Position numbers and translations under genes: made by a program. The notes under the pieces were generated by a model. The model was not told where the DNA came from and made no database searches. It worked only from the letters and a program-made list of their open reading frames with translations. A stretch of DNA of 64,000 bases from Opitutia bacterium. Its GTDB lineage: Bacteria > Verrucomicrobiota > Verrucomicrobiia > Opitutales > T3Sed10-336. Location of the stretch: positions 64,001 to 128,000 of the forward strand of contig JBJHCF010000007.1 in the NCBI GenBank assembly GCA_050506795.1, read 5' to 3'. Below, in pieces: positions 38,051 to 47,707 of the stretch. Within the stretch, counting starts at the first letter, position 1. The number at the start of each line of letters is the position of its first letter.

Positions 38051-39604
38051 TCAGGGACCGGCGCGCCGCCATTCGTGACGGTTGTCCCAGAGGAGACGCT
38101 CGGCCGCCAGAGGCCCCCAGGAACCGGCGACATAGCCTTCCATGCCGCGCCGCCCGAGGCTACGCCAAGATTCGAGAATTGGAGTAATCAGGCGCCAGGA
38201 AGCTTCGGTTTCGTCGCCCCGGATAAAGAGAGTGCTGTCCCCGACCATGGCGTCAAGAATCAGCCGCTCGTAGGCTTCCGGTGTGTTCGACCCGTAAGTG
38301 GTCCGGTACCGGAAGTGCATTTTGACCGGCTGGGTACGGGTTTCCAGGCCGGGAATCTTGGAATTCAACAGAAGGGTCGTCCCTTCGTCGGGCTGGATCT
38401 GGATCACCATGGTGTTGGAAGCCAGGTCGAAACGTTCGGCATCGCTGAACAGGATGCCGGGAGGCCGTTTAAACTGAACCGCGATCTCGCTGACCCGCCG
38501 GGCCATCCGTTTACCGGAACGCATGTAGAAGGGCACCCCGGCCCAGCGCCAGTTGTTAATGTTGAGCCGCAGAGCGGTGTAGGTTTCGGTGGAGGAATCG
38601 TCGGCCACGCCTTCCTCGTCGACATAGCCCGGAACCTTGCGCCCTGCGACCAGCCCCTCGGTGTACTGCGCGCGGACCACGTCGGGTTTGGTTTCGTCCA
38701 CGCTGACGGGCTGAATGGCTTTCAGGAGCTTGACCTTCTCGTCGCGAATCGCCTCGGGATCGAGGGACACGGGGGGTTCCATGGCGATCAGACTGAGGAG
38801 CTGCATGGTGTGGTTCTGGACCATGTCCCGCATGGCCCCGCTCTGTTCGTAATACCCGCCGCGCGAACCGACTCCGAGATCCTCCGCCACCGTGATCTGT
38901 ACGCATTCGACGTAGCGGCGGTTCCAGAGCGGTTCGAAAATCGTGTTGGCGAAACGCTGCACCAGCAGATCCTGAACCGTTTCCTTACCCAGGTAATGGT
39001 CGATCCGATAAACCTGACGCTCTTCGAACTGCTGGGTGATGACCCGGTTCAGGTCACGGGCGGAATCCAGATCGCTGCCAAACGGCTTTTCGATCACCAC
39101 CTTGGAGGCGAACGGTGTGTGCTGGTGCCTTCGGGCCAGACCGCTGGCGCCAAGATTTTCGAGAATCGGCTTAAAAACGGACGGCGGAGTGGAAATGTAG
39201 AACAACGCCTGCACCTCTCTCCCAAGATCCTTTTCAATCACTTCGATCCGTTCACGCAGGCGGTCGAACGCCGGCCGCTCGTCGTACCCCCCTTGATGGT
39301 ACACCGTGTTGCGGCCCACCCGTTCCCAGATGTCGGAATTGAAGTCGCGCCGGGAAAAGGTGCCGACCGACTCCGCCACCGTGCGCCGAAAAGCCTCGTC
39401 GGCCATTTCCTTGCGACCATAGCCGATCAGGTGAAACTCGGGCGGAAGGAGATTGTCGAGACTCAGATTGTAGATCGCCGGCGCCAATTTGCGGGCGGTC
39501 AGGTCGCCGGAAGCACCGAAAATGACCACCACCGTCGGAGGCGCGCCCCGGTGTTTGCTCAAACCCTGGAGGAAGGGATGTCTTTGCTTCTCGTCGGTCA
39601 GCAT
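38051..39604 (-). CDS. zwf: Glucose-6-phosphate 1-dehydrogenase
   Basis: IFGASGDLTARKL, IEKPFG, YRIDHYLGKETVQ, WAGVPFYMRSGK. Confidence 0.97.
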   Translation of the reverse strand: MLTDEKQRHPFLQGLSKHRGAPPTVVVIFGASGDLTARKLAPAIYNLSLDNLLPPEFHLIGYGRKEMADEAFRRTVAESVGTFSRRDFNSDIWERVGRNTVYHQGGYDERPAFDRLRERIEVIEKDLGREVQALFYISTPPSVFKPILENLGASGLARRHQHTPFASKVVIEKPFGSDLDSARDLNRVITQQFEERQVYRIDHYLGKETVQDLLVQRFANTIFEPLWNRRYVECVQITVAEDLGVGSRGGYYEQSGAMRDMVQNHTMQLLSLIAMEPPVSLDPEAIRDEKVKLLKAIQPVSVDETKPDVVRAQYTEGLVAGRKVPGYVDEEGVADDSSTETYTALRLNINNWRWAGVPFYMRSGKRMARRVSEIAVQFKRPPGILFSDAERFDLASNTMVIQIQPDEGTTLLLNSKIPGLETRTQPVKMHFRYRTTYGSNTPEAYERLILDAMVGDSTLFIRGDETEASWRLITPILESWRSLGRRGMEGYVAGSWGPLAAERLLWDNRHEWRRAGP

Positions 39605-39687
39605 AAAGGCCCCAACTGACAATCAAAAATCCCGGAACACAAGCCTTAATCCGGGGACGCCCCCCGCCATGCGGGAGTCTCCAAAGC

Positions 39688-40119
39688 CTAACGCGCCCGG
39701 AAGCTTTTGGCAAACAGCGGGATGTTCTCGAAGTGGAGAATTCGCCGATCCGGAGGAGCTTGCAGATTGACCTCGACGACATCGAAACGGAAGGCGTTCG
39801 GTTTGTCGCGCAACCGGCGCAGGTAGGTCCGAATCGCCCGGCGCAGTGCGTCCTTCTTGCGCCGGTCCACAGCCGCGTAATAACCGGGCACCAACCCCTC
39901 CGAACGGCGCGTCTTGACCTCGACAAACACGAGCACCCCGTCGTGGCTGGCCACCAGATCGATTTCCTCCCGCCCGTCACGCCAATTGCGTGCCAGCACC
40001 CGGAACCCGCCGACCCGCACCAGATATTCCTCGGCCAGGCGCTCGCCTTCACAACCGGTAAGTCGGGCATCGAAATCACGGTCATCCCGCGGCCGGGGTC
40101 TGCCAAAGGGTAGTTTCAC
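39688..40119 (-). CDS. yraN: YraN family (UPF0102) endonuclease-like protein (start 40119 or 40149)
   Basis: GERLAEEYL, RNWR..EEIDLV, VFVEVKTR, FRFDVVEV. Confidence 0.9.
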   Translation of the reverse strand: MKLPFGRPRPRDDRDFDARLTGCEGERLAEEYLVRVGGFRVLARNWRDGREEIDLVASHDGVLVFVEVKTRRSEGLVPGYYAAVDRRKKDALRRAIRTYLRRLRDKPNAFRFDVVEVNLQAPPDRRILHFENIPLFAKSFRAR

Positions 40120-40175
40120 CAACCCAGCCAAAACCACCCCCCCAACCACGGCAAGGGGAATTTTGGTCCGCCTCA

Positions 40176-40247
40176 GGGCATTTTCATTTGGCCTCTGAAG
40201 GCCGCATGAAAAAGCATTTCAGATCAAAAATTTGAAATTTGAGATTC
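40176..40247 (+). repeat. Dispersed ~70-bp element, copy 2
   Basis: gggcattttcat-ttggcctctgaaggccgc-atgaaaaagc-atttcagatcaaaaatttgaaatttgagattc. Confidence 0.75.
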
Positions 40248-40317
40248 TTCGCCAGGGAATCCGGATCAAAGCCCGCAAATAAAATGGCCGCGGTGTCCGC
40301 CTTCGCTCTTCGCAAGA

Positions 40318-40581
40318 TCAGAAATGCCTGCGAGCGAATTCTCGTCCGGAACCGGACTTCATGTAACGCTCGAATTCACGTGCTTTTCGGTAACATCGAA
40401 ATCGGACCACCGTTTCGAACTCCCATGGCCGGTATTTCGCCGTATGCGACACCGCGCCGTGGTTGTGACGTCGAAGGCGCTCATTCAGATTTACCGTATA
40501 ACCCGTATAACGTCGTTCTCTGTCGCTCAAACTGATCAAAATGTAGACGTAATAACAGGGGCTCGTCGCGGGGTCAGCCAT
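40318..40581 (-). CDS. Small GIY-YIG nuclease family protein
   Basis: YVYIL...RYTGYT.NLNERLRRHN.G...T.KYRPW...FERYMKSGSG. Confidence 0.9.
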   Translation of the reverse strand: MADPATSPCYYVYILISLSDRERRYTGYTVNLNERLRRHNHGAVSHTAKYRPWEFETVVRFRCYRKAREFERYMKSGSGREFARRHF

Positions 40582-40744
40582 TGGTCGAGGAGTTCTTGTT
40601 TTTCTGCTTGGAGAGGGGTGATTTTCGGCTGGCTGGCCAAGCCGTAGCCTCGCAGCTTTCGGCAGCAGGGGTCCGCCTGCGCTCCGCTGACGCGGAGTCT
40701 CCGGCGTGACAGCCTTCGCTCTTCGCGTTGCTGCGAGCGAAGGC

Positions 40745-40820
40745 TGGTGGAGCCGATCGGGATCGAACCGACGACCTCGTCATTGCGAACGACGCGCTCT
40801 TCCAACTGAGCTACGGCCCC
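40745..40820 (-). tRNA. tRNA-Ala (CGC)
   Basis: GGGGCCG...anticodon loop TTCGCAA...GGTTCGATCCC...CTCCACCA, 76 nt. Confidence 0.96.
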
Positions 40821-41019
40821 AATTGCCTAAACCCGCAGATTGAGAGAAATCGGGAAGCGAGTAAATCACGAATTTCGCCACTCCGCCCCGAAACCGCCAC
40901 CAGCGCCGATTTTTCCATCGGAAACCGCTTAATGGTCTTGTGTTTGGCGGGAGTTTCCGCTTTTCTCCTGCTTGGAGACGTACTCCCATCACTGATTCCA
41001 GCAAATCGACTCAACTCGT

Positions 41020-41571
41020 ATGGCAAAGAAGAGCACTCGAAGCACCACAAAATCGACCACCGAGAGCAGCAGCAAAGACGCGGCGGCCAAAAAAACCGCT
41101 CCGGTGAAAAAGAAGGTTGCAACCGCCAAGAAGGCCACCCGGAAGACAGTTCCGGCCAAGGCTCCTGTTACGGCGCCGACTCCGGCCGCCAAGACCGTTC
41201 GTTCCCAGCCCAAACAGGCAACCGCTTCGACACCGGCGGCCCAAGTCGCTCCCGCTCAACCCAAACAGGCGACTCCATCGGCTTCGCCGTCCCTGGCCGC
41301 TCCCGCCGAACCGAAAGCGGCGACCACCCTCAGTGCCAAGGTGGACATCGGCTTCGGCAACATGCTCTACATTCGCGGCGAGGGTCCCGGTCTCAACTGG
41401 AACCGGGGTGTGCCGATGGACTGTGTGGCGGCTGACGAGTGGGTTTGGAGCACCAAATCCGCCAGATCCTCCTTTTCCTGCAAGGTCCTGATCAACGACG
41501 AAATCTGGTCCACCGGCGACGACTTTGTGGTTCCTCCCGGCGAGCGACTGGTGTGTTACCCGTCGTTCTGA
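41020..41571 (+). CDS. Hypothetical protein: Lys/Ala/Pro-rich N-terminus + small beta-sandwich domain
   Basis: Histone H1-like N-terminus; VDIGFGNMLYIRGEGPGLNW...KVLINDEIW domain (CBM20-like pattern). Confidence 0.75.
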   Translation: MAKKSTRSTTKSTTESSSKDAAAKKTAPVKKKVATAKKATRKTVPAKAPVTAPTPAAKTVRSQPKQATASTPAAQVAPAQPKQATPSASPSLAAPAEPKAATTLSAKVDIGFGNMLYIRGEGPGLNWNRGVPMDCVAADEWVWSTKSARSSFSCKVLINDEIWSTGDDFVVPPGERLVCYPSF

Positions 41572-41775
41572 TTTTGAGCGAAAGCGCCGGGCATTACCGC
41601 AATCGACCCCCGGCGGTGCGGCAATTCAGCGTCCCTCGGGCAGTCGTGTCCGGCCATGATTCCGTGCGGGTATATCCCGGGATGCCCCCGTCGTTCAAAC
41701 GCGCCGTTCCGGACTCTCGGTATTCGGCTATTCTTCGCCCATTTTTGCTTTACCTGGGATTTTGATTTCCGCCTA

Positions 41776-42321
41776 ATGGCCAGCATGCCGCCAGCCACGA
41801 CCATCGGATCCCGCGAGATCAGTGAAGCAATCGAAAAAATGGCTGACGCCATCGCCCAGGCGCACCGGGAAACTGAGAAATTGGGTATCCTCGGACTGGC
41901 CGACGGCGGCATCGCTCTCAGTCGCAGGCTGGCCGATCGCTTGGCCAAAAAACTCGGCCGGGACGTGCCTTGCGGGGTCATCGACATTTCCTTTCACCGC
42001 GACGATATTTCGACCAACCCTATCCCCAAAGCGTCCAATCCCACCTCGATTCCCTTCGATATCGAAGAAGCGACCGTGATTCTCGCCGACGACGTGTTGT
42101 CCACCGGACGCAGCCTGCGCGCTGCCATCAACGAAATCTTCGACCAGGGACGACCGGCTCGCCTGCAGTCGGCGGCGCTTTTTGACCGGGGCGGGCGTCT
42201 GCTGCCGCTGCGGGCGGACTTTGCCGGTTTCGTGAAAGAGGTACCCGCATCGAGAAAAGTTGATGTGCGCCTTTCGGCAGACGAACCCTCCGCGGATGAA
42301 ATCCGGATCGCGGAGCTTTGA
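41776..42321 (+). CDS. pyrR: PyrR-like phosphoribosyltransferase
   Basis: DISFHRDD, ILADDVLSTGRS, GRP, DRGGRLLPLRAD; upstream of pyrB. Confidence 0.88.
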   Translation: MASMPPATTIGSREISEAIEKMADAIAQAHRETEKLGILGLADGGIALSRRLADRLAKKLGRDVPCGVIDISFHRDDISTNPIPKASNPTSIPFDIEEATVILADDVLSTGRSLRAAINEIFDQGRPARLQSAALFDRGGRLLPLRADFAGFVKEVPASRKVDVRLSADEPSADEIRIAEL

Positions 42322-42332
42322 CACCACAGAGC

Positions 42333-43283
42333 ATGACCTGGACGAAAACACATCTTGTCGGCATTGAGGACCTGACGAAGGAGGAACTGGAAACCATTTT
42401 CCGCGTGACCGCCGCCTTCAAGGGCATCCTTGGCCGGTCGGTCAAGAAGGTCCCCGCCCTGCGCGGGAAAACCGTCGTCAATCTCTTCCTCGAACCGAGC
42501 ACCCGCACGCGGGTGGCGTTCGAGGTCGCCGCCAAGCGGCTGAGCGCCGACGTGGTCACAATCACCGGATCCGCCAGCAGCGTGATCAAAGGCGAAACCC
42601 TGCGCGACACCGCACTCAACATCCAGGCGCTAAATGCCGACATTCTGGTGATCCGTCACACCGCCGCCGGGTCGCCGGCCTACCTTTCCCGCCTGACCCG
42701 TATTCCGGTCATCAACGCCGGAGACGGCGCGCATGAGCATCCCACCCAGGCGCTCCTGGACTGTTTCACCATGCGGGAACACCTGGGAGATCTGAAAGGC
42801 AAAAAGGTCACCATCCTGGGAGACATTCTCTTCAGCCGCGTGGCCCGCTCAAACATCTGGGCGCTGACCAAACTGGGGGCGGATGTCACCGTGGCGGGCC
42901 CGTCCACGCTCGTCCCGGAAACCTTCGCCCGCTTCGGGGTCACTGTCTCGCACGACCTTCGATCCGCTCTGGCGGAAGCCGACGTTGTCATGTTGCTGCG
43001 GATACAGCATGAACGGCAGTCGAGCACGCACTTTCCGTCACTGGGAGAATACACCAGCATGTTCGGGTTGAATAAAACCCGGGCGTCGTGGTTGAAACCG
43101 GAGGCGATCATCATGCACCCCGGCCCCATCAATCGCGGAGTGGAAATCGATTCCGAACTGGCCGACTCCGGCCGTTCGGTGATCCTGCAGCAGGTCACCA
43201 ACGGAATCGCGGCACGAATGGCGGTCTTATACCTTTGCTCCGGCGGCTCGCCGGAAGTGCTCGGAGAAAACGAAGATGGATAA
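42333..43283 (+). CDS. pyrB: Aspartate carbamoyltransferase catalytic subunit
   Basis: FLEPSTRTR, NAGDGAHEHPTQALLD, LRIQHER, MHPGPINRG. Confidence 0.97.
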   Translation: MTWTKTHLVGIEDLTKEELETIFRVTAAFKGILGRSVKKVPALRGKTVVNLFLEPSTRTRVAFEVAAKRLSADVVTITGSASSVIKGETLRDTALNIQALNADILVIRHTAAGSPAYLSRLTRIPVINAGDGAHEHPTQALLDCFTMREHLGDLKGKKVTILGDILFSRVARSNIWALTKLGADVTVAGPSTLVPETFARFGVTVSHDLRSALAEADVVMLLRIQHERQSSTHFPSLGEYTSMFGLNKTRASWLKPEAIIMHPGPINRGVEIDSELADSGRSVILQQVTNGIAARMAVLYLCSGGSPEVLGENEDG

Positions 43284-44580
43284 ACGGGCGATCTGGATCA
43301 GGAACGGGCGGGTGATCGATCCGGCTTCCGGACGGGACGAAGTCGGCGATGTGTTTGTCGCCGGCGGAATCATCCGGGACCGTTTGACACCGGCGCAACA
43401 AAAAGACGTGCACGAAATTGATGCCTCGGGTCTCGTGGTTTGCCCGGGGCTGGTCGATATTCACGTACATCTGCGCGAACCGGGGCAGACCCACAAGGAG
43501 ACCATCGGCACCGGCAGCCGGGCGGCGGCGGCCGGGGGTTTCACCACCATTGTCTGCATGCCCAACACCTCGCCGCCCGCCGACAATGCGGGGACGATTC
43601 AGTACATCCTGGACACCATTCGCCGCGACGCGGTGGTGAACGTTTTCCCCACCGGCTGCATCACCGAAAAAATGGAAGGCCAAAACCTGGCCCCGATCGG
43701 TTCCCTGAAGCGCGCGGGCGTAGTGGCGATCACGGATGATGGTCTTTGTGTGCAGGACAATGAAATCATGCGCCGGGCGGTGGAGTACGCCGACATGTTC
43801 GGATTGCTGGTGATGGACCATTGCCAGGACGGCGCCCTCACCCGCAACGCGGTGATGAACGAAGGCTACTGGTCGATGCACCTGGGATTGAAGGGCTGGC
43901 CCGGAGCAGCGGAGGATGTCATTGTCTCGCGCAACGTCATCCTTTCGACCCTGACCGGCGCACGAATCCATTGCCAGCACATCAGCTCGGCGAACGCGGT
44001 GGATATCATTCGTCGGGCCAAGCAGCGCGGCGTCTCGATCACCGCGGAAGCCTGTCCCCACCATCTTGCACTCACCGACGCCGAACTGAAAAGCTACGAC
44101 ACCCATTTCAAAATGAACCCGCCGCTGCGAACCGAGGAGGACCGCAAGGCGCTCATCGAAGGCATCAAAGACGGCACCCTGGATTGCGTGGCCACCGACC
44201 ACGCGCCCCACACCGATTACGAGAAAGACCAGGAGTTCGACTACGCGCCGTTTGGCATCATCGGCCTGGAAACCGCACTGGCGGTCACCCTGGAGTCCCT
44301 GTACCACAGCGGCGAACTCTCGCTGCCAAACACGCTCGACCTGCTGACCCGCAAACCGGCGAACATCGTTCGGCTGGAAAAAGGCACCCTGGCCAAAGGA
44401 GCCGACGCGGACATCACCCTTTTCGACCCCGACGAAACGTGGGAGGTGGACCCGACCCGCTTTTTCAGCAAATCCGCCAATTCTCCCTGGAACTACCGGT
44501 CTCTGAAGGGACGGGTGAAGACCACGATCGTCGGAGGAAAAATCGTCTACCACAACGGGAAAATCCCTGACGATGGCTGA
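43276..44580 (+). CDS. pyrC: Dihydroorotase
   Basis: DIHVHLREPG, MPNT, KMNPPLR, ATDHAPH, SKSANSP. Confidence 0.95.
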   Translation: MDKRAIWIRNGRVIDPASGRDEVGDVFVAGGIIRDRLTPAQQKDVHEIDASGLVVCPGLVDIHVHLREPGQTHKETIGTGSRAAAAGGFTTIVCMPNTSPPADNAGTIQYILDTIRRDAVVNVFPTGCITEKMEGQNLAPIGSLKRAGVVAITDDGLCVQDNEIMRRAVEYADMFGLLVMDHCQDGALTRNAVMNEGYWSMHLGLKGWPGAAEDVIVSRNVILSTLTGARIHCQHISSANAVDIIRRAKQRGVSITAEACPHHLALTDAELKSYDTHFKMNPPLRTEEDRKALIEGIKDGTLDCVATDHAPHTDYEKDQEFDYAPFGIIGLETALAVTLESLYHSGELSLPNTLDLLTRKPANIVRLEKGTLAKGADADITLFDPDETWEVDPTRFFSKSANSPWNYRSLKGRVKTTIVGGKIVYHNGKIPDDG

Positions 44581-45406
44581 AGATCCGCCGTTCATCGTCG
44601 GCGTTTACGCGACTTTTCTGCTCCTCGGAGGTCTTGTCGCGTTGCTGCATTGCATGCACCGCCGCCTTTTTCTGCTTGCGGAAACCCGGGTGCCGATCTG
44701 GAGAATCTCCCCTGGTGATTTCAGCGCCTTCGTCGGGGCACTGATCCTGGTTTTTGTGTTGGTGCAATTGATCCTGGCAGCCATGTTGCCGGAGACCGCC
44801 GCGGAGGAACGGCTTCCGCCCCACCAAATGCTGATCGCCGGCGCCCTCAGCCAACTTACCTTCCTGGCGGTCTGGGCATTTTTCCGGTTAAATTTCCCCG
44901 AGCGCTTTCGTGGGTCGCTCAGTTCGCAATCACTGACCTGGAGTCGGGCGGCTGTTCTTGGGGTATATGCGTTCTTCGCTTTCATACCGGTGTTCATGGC
45001 GATCAACATCGCCTGGACCGAAGCACTGCAATTGGTGCTACCCGAAGCGCTTCGACAACAGGAAATGGTTGTCATCCTGCGGGAGAGTCAATCGGTTGCG
45101 TTGCTGACCGGACTCTTTTTTCTGCTCGTCATTCTGGCGCCGGTCGCCGAAGAAATTATCTTTCGCGGCTGCCTCTACCGTTTCCTTAAAGGCACCATGT
45201 CGATGACCGGCGCCGTTCTGCTTTCGTCGCTCCTGTTCGGCGCCATTCACCTGCACCTGGCCGGCCTGCCGGTTCTGATCGCCTTCGGCGCCGTCCTCTG
45301 CCTGGTTTACGAACGCACCGGCAGCCTCAAGGCGCCCATTTTGCTGCACTCGTTTTTCAATCTTAATACCTTCGTGATCACGGTCATGCAATCGACCTTC
45401 CAGTAG
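44573..45406 (+). CDS. CPBP (CAAX/Abi) intramembrane metalloprotease
   Basis: APVAEEIIFRG, FGAIH, YERTGSL, HSFFN; multiple TMs. Confidence 0.9.
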   Translation: MAEDPPFIVGVYATFLLLGGLVALLHCMHRRLFLLAETRVPIWRISPGDFSAFVGALILVFVLVQLILAAMLPETAAEERLPPHQMLIAGALSQLTFLAVWAFFRLNFPERFRGSLSSQSLTWSRAAVLGVYAFFAFIPVFMAINIAWTEALQLVLPEALRQQEMVVILRESQSVALLTGLFFLLVILAPVAEEIIFRGCLYRFLKGTMSMTGAVLLSSLLFGAIHLHLAGLPVLIAFGAVLCLVYERTGSLKAPILLHSFFNLNTFVITVMQSTFQ

Positions 45407-45518
45407 CGTGCCGTCCGCGTCCAAACGGGTATGAAGAAAATCCTCATTGAACGGCCGTCCGATCCCGCAATGATGTGGGGGGTGATCGCCCGGACAAACC
45501 TGGCGCGACCGCTGGCAC

Positions 45519-46529
45519 ATGACATTTACGGAACTGGCATTCTCCACCGATGGACGGATTGATCGGGCCACCTTCTGGAAAACCCTGGTGGTTCTGATTC
45601 TAATCGGCTGGATCGGCTACCTGCTTGCTTTTCAAGCCGGCGGCTGGGCGCAACCGATCGGATTCCTGGTACTCGCCGCTTTGATAGGGCCGATCGTGAC
45701 CGTCTGCGCCAAACGCTGGCACGATCTCGGCCGCTCCGCCTGGTGGGTATTGCTTTTGCTGGCGCCCGGGATCGGACTGCTGATCACCCTGGCGATCCTC
45801 GGCTTCCGGGCGGGTGAAAACGGTCCCAATGATTTCGGCTACCCGATGGCCGCCGAGGATCGACATCCCGGCCGGAGGACGGGCGGAACCACATGGCGTC
45901 CGGAAACCCGCCTCCTTTCGGAAGGGGAGGCGGACCTGATGGCCATGCTGGCCAAGCTGGCCAAATGCGACGGCCCGATCACCCCGGCGGAAATCGGCAC
46001 GGTAAATCGTTTTCTGCATGAGGACCTCGCCCTGGGAAACGAAGCGTGCCAGGAAGCGATCCGCACCTTCCGCATGGCCCGGGATTCCCACGCCACTTTC
46101 GAAATCCACCTCCGTCGCTATCAAAGGCGACACGCCGAAGACCCCCACCTCCTGGCCAGGGCGGTGGATCTGCTTTCCCTGCTTGCCGTGTCCGACGGCA
46201 GGTTGACGCGGCGCGAAGCGCTTTTTCTGGATCTGGCGGTGGCGGTTTTCGGGGTCAGCAGCGCCCGGTATTTCGAATGCAAGTACGGCGAACCCGGGCC
46301 GCGCGTCGACGCCACCACAGTCCCGGAGGAAAAGGAATTCGCCCGCACCCTCGGACTGAGCGGCCGGGTCTCGCGCGGAGAAATTCGCAAAGCCTACCGG
46401 GGTCTCGTCGGTCAATATCATCCGGACAAGGTCTCCCACCTCGGACCCCGGTTGAAAGAAGTCGCCGACCAGGAGATCAAAAAGATCAACCAGGCCTACG
46501 AGTATTTCCGGAAAAAATACGACCTGTAA
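45519..46529 (+). CDS. DUF805-TerB-J-domain fusion (DjlA-like co-chaperone)
   Basis: GRIDRATFW...KRWHDLGRSAWW...GPNDFG; AKLAKCDG; YHPDKV...KINQAYE. Confidence 0.85.
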   Translation: MTFTELAFSTDGRIDRATFWKTLVVLILIGWIGYLLAFQAGGWAQPIGFLVLAALIGPIVTVCAKRWHDLGRSAWWVLLLLAPGIGLLITLAILGFRAGENGPNDFGYPMAAEDRHPGRRTGGTTWRPETRLLSEGEADLMAMLAKLAKCDGPITPAEIGTVNRFLHEDLALGNEACQEAIRTFRMARDSHATFEIHLRRYQRRHAEDPHLLARAVDLLSLLAVSDGRLTRREALFLDLAVAVFGVSSARYFECKYGEPGPRVDATTVPEEKEFARTLGLSGRVSRGEIRKAYRGLVGQYHPDKVSHLGPRLKEVADQEIKKINQAYEYFRKKYDL

Positions 46530-46591
46530 GATTGGTGTGGGATGCAGGCGGGGCCAACGGACCGCCGGGTTCGCCCTCCGCGCCGCGGTCC

Positions 46592-46628
46592 AAAAAAATG
46601 CCGCCCGGCGCCGAATGGGCCGGGCGGC
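46592..46628 (-). terminator. Intrinsic terminator of hsp20 operon
   Basis: gccgcccggc...gccgggcggc stem plus T7 on minus strand. Confidence 0.75.
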
Positions 46629-46693
46629 TCGTCACTTCTCTCTTCCTTTGTCCCCCGAAGCAGCCTGCCTTCAGGGGACGGTTACGGATTGCA

Positions 46694-47098
46694 TTATTCG
46701 ATCTTGATCTTGCGGCGCTGAGCCTGTTTGCCCTTCGGAAGGGTCAGGCGCAGCACGCCGTCCTTCAACTGGGCATGGACCTTTTCGGTTTCCAGCCCTT
46801 CCGGCAGACTCAGGTGCAGCCTGTAGTCCACGTCCGCGGTTTCAGACCAAACGGGAGTCCAATCGTCGGGTTTTTTCCAGGAACGAGCTGCGGTCAGCAC
46901 CAGTTCCCGCCCCTCCACCGAGAGATTCAGGTCATCCCTGCGCACGCCGGGCAGGAGAATTTCCAGCCCGAACGCGTCGTCTGATTCCTTAATCTCATAA
47001 TCGGGAGCAATCACCAGACGCTCGGTCACGCCGCGATTCACTGGACGGGCTGCCAACTGTTCGTCCGGACGCGGTATCAGCTTTTTTCCAAAGGCCAT
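46694..47098 (-). CDS. Hsp20/alpha-crystallin small heat-shock protein
   Basis: LPGVRRDDL, AQLKDGVLRLTLPK, RKIKIE; SD AAGGAG. Confidence 0.9.
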   Translation of the reverse strand: MAFGKKLIPRPDEQLAARPVNRGVTERLVIAPDYEIKESDDAFGLEILLPGVRRDDLNLSVEGRELVLTAARSWKKPDDWTPVWSETADVDYRLHLSLPEGLETEKVHAQLKDGVLRLTLPKGKQAQRRKIKIE

Positions 47099-47133
47099 AA
47101 CGTTTCCCTCCTTTCGAAGTTGGATGTTTTGCT

Positions 47134-47613
47134 TTATTTGCCTTCTTCAATCATCACCCGCCGGGCTCGAGCTTCCTCTCGCTTGGGCAGAGTGACGGTC
47201 AAGACGCCGTCCTCGTACGCGGCCTTCACATGGTCTTCCGCAATCGCTTCCGGCAGACGCACGCTGCGGCGGACTTCGAAGGAACGCTCTTCCTCGCCGT
47301 CATCACCAAAACCCCGGCGAGATCCGGAGACCGTTAGGATGCCACGTTCCATTTCGACATTGATGGCGTCCTTTTCCATGCCCGGAAGATCCATCCGCAC
47401 ATAGAAGTTTTCACCGTCCTCGTAAAGGTCGGTGGCCGGGCGCCCCGACAGCAAACGATCACTCCGATAGCCGAAGAAATCGTCGTCGAAAGCAGAATTA
47501 AACAACCGGTCGAAATTCCGGGCCCAATCGCTCAACCGCGGCCAACCGCTGTGAAAGAACGGGTCGCGATGGGAAAACAAGGCTCCGGGCAGATTGCTCT
47601 CAATCAGTCTCAT
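47134..47613 (-). CDS. Hsp20/alpha-crystallin small heat-shock protein
   Basis: DLYED, DLPGMEK, AAYEDGVLTVTLPK; SD AAGGAGG. Confidence 0.93.
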   Translation of the reverse strand: MRLIESNLPGALFSHRDPFFHSGWPRLSDWARNFDRLFNSAFDDDFFGYRSDRLLSGRPATDLYEDGENFYVRMDLPGMEKDAINVEMERGILTVSGSRRGFGDDGEEERSFEVRRSVRLPEAIAEDHVKAAYEDGVLTVTLPKREEARARRVMIEEGK

Positions 47614-47690
47614 AAACAAACACCTCCTTTCGCATGAGTTTAATGGTCTGATTCGGGCTCACCACCAATTGGCAAACCCACTTAATAAAA

Positions 47691-47707
47691 AGCTTATGGC
47701 ATGCCAG
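47691..47707 (-). promoter_or_regulatory. Putative sigma54 promoter of hsp20 operon
   Basis: Minus strand CTGGCATGCCATAAGCT (GG-N10-GC), ~78 bp upstream of ATG. Confidence 0.5.

Noticed and set aside
40536..40805. 89-aa ORF over tRNA-Ala (likewise 27795-28091 over tRNA-Gly)
   Set aside because: Overlaps tRNA and repeat sequence; spurious
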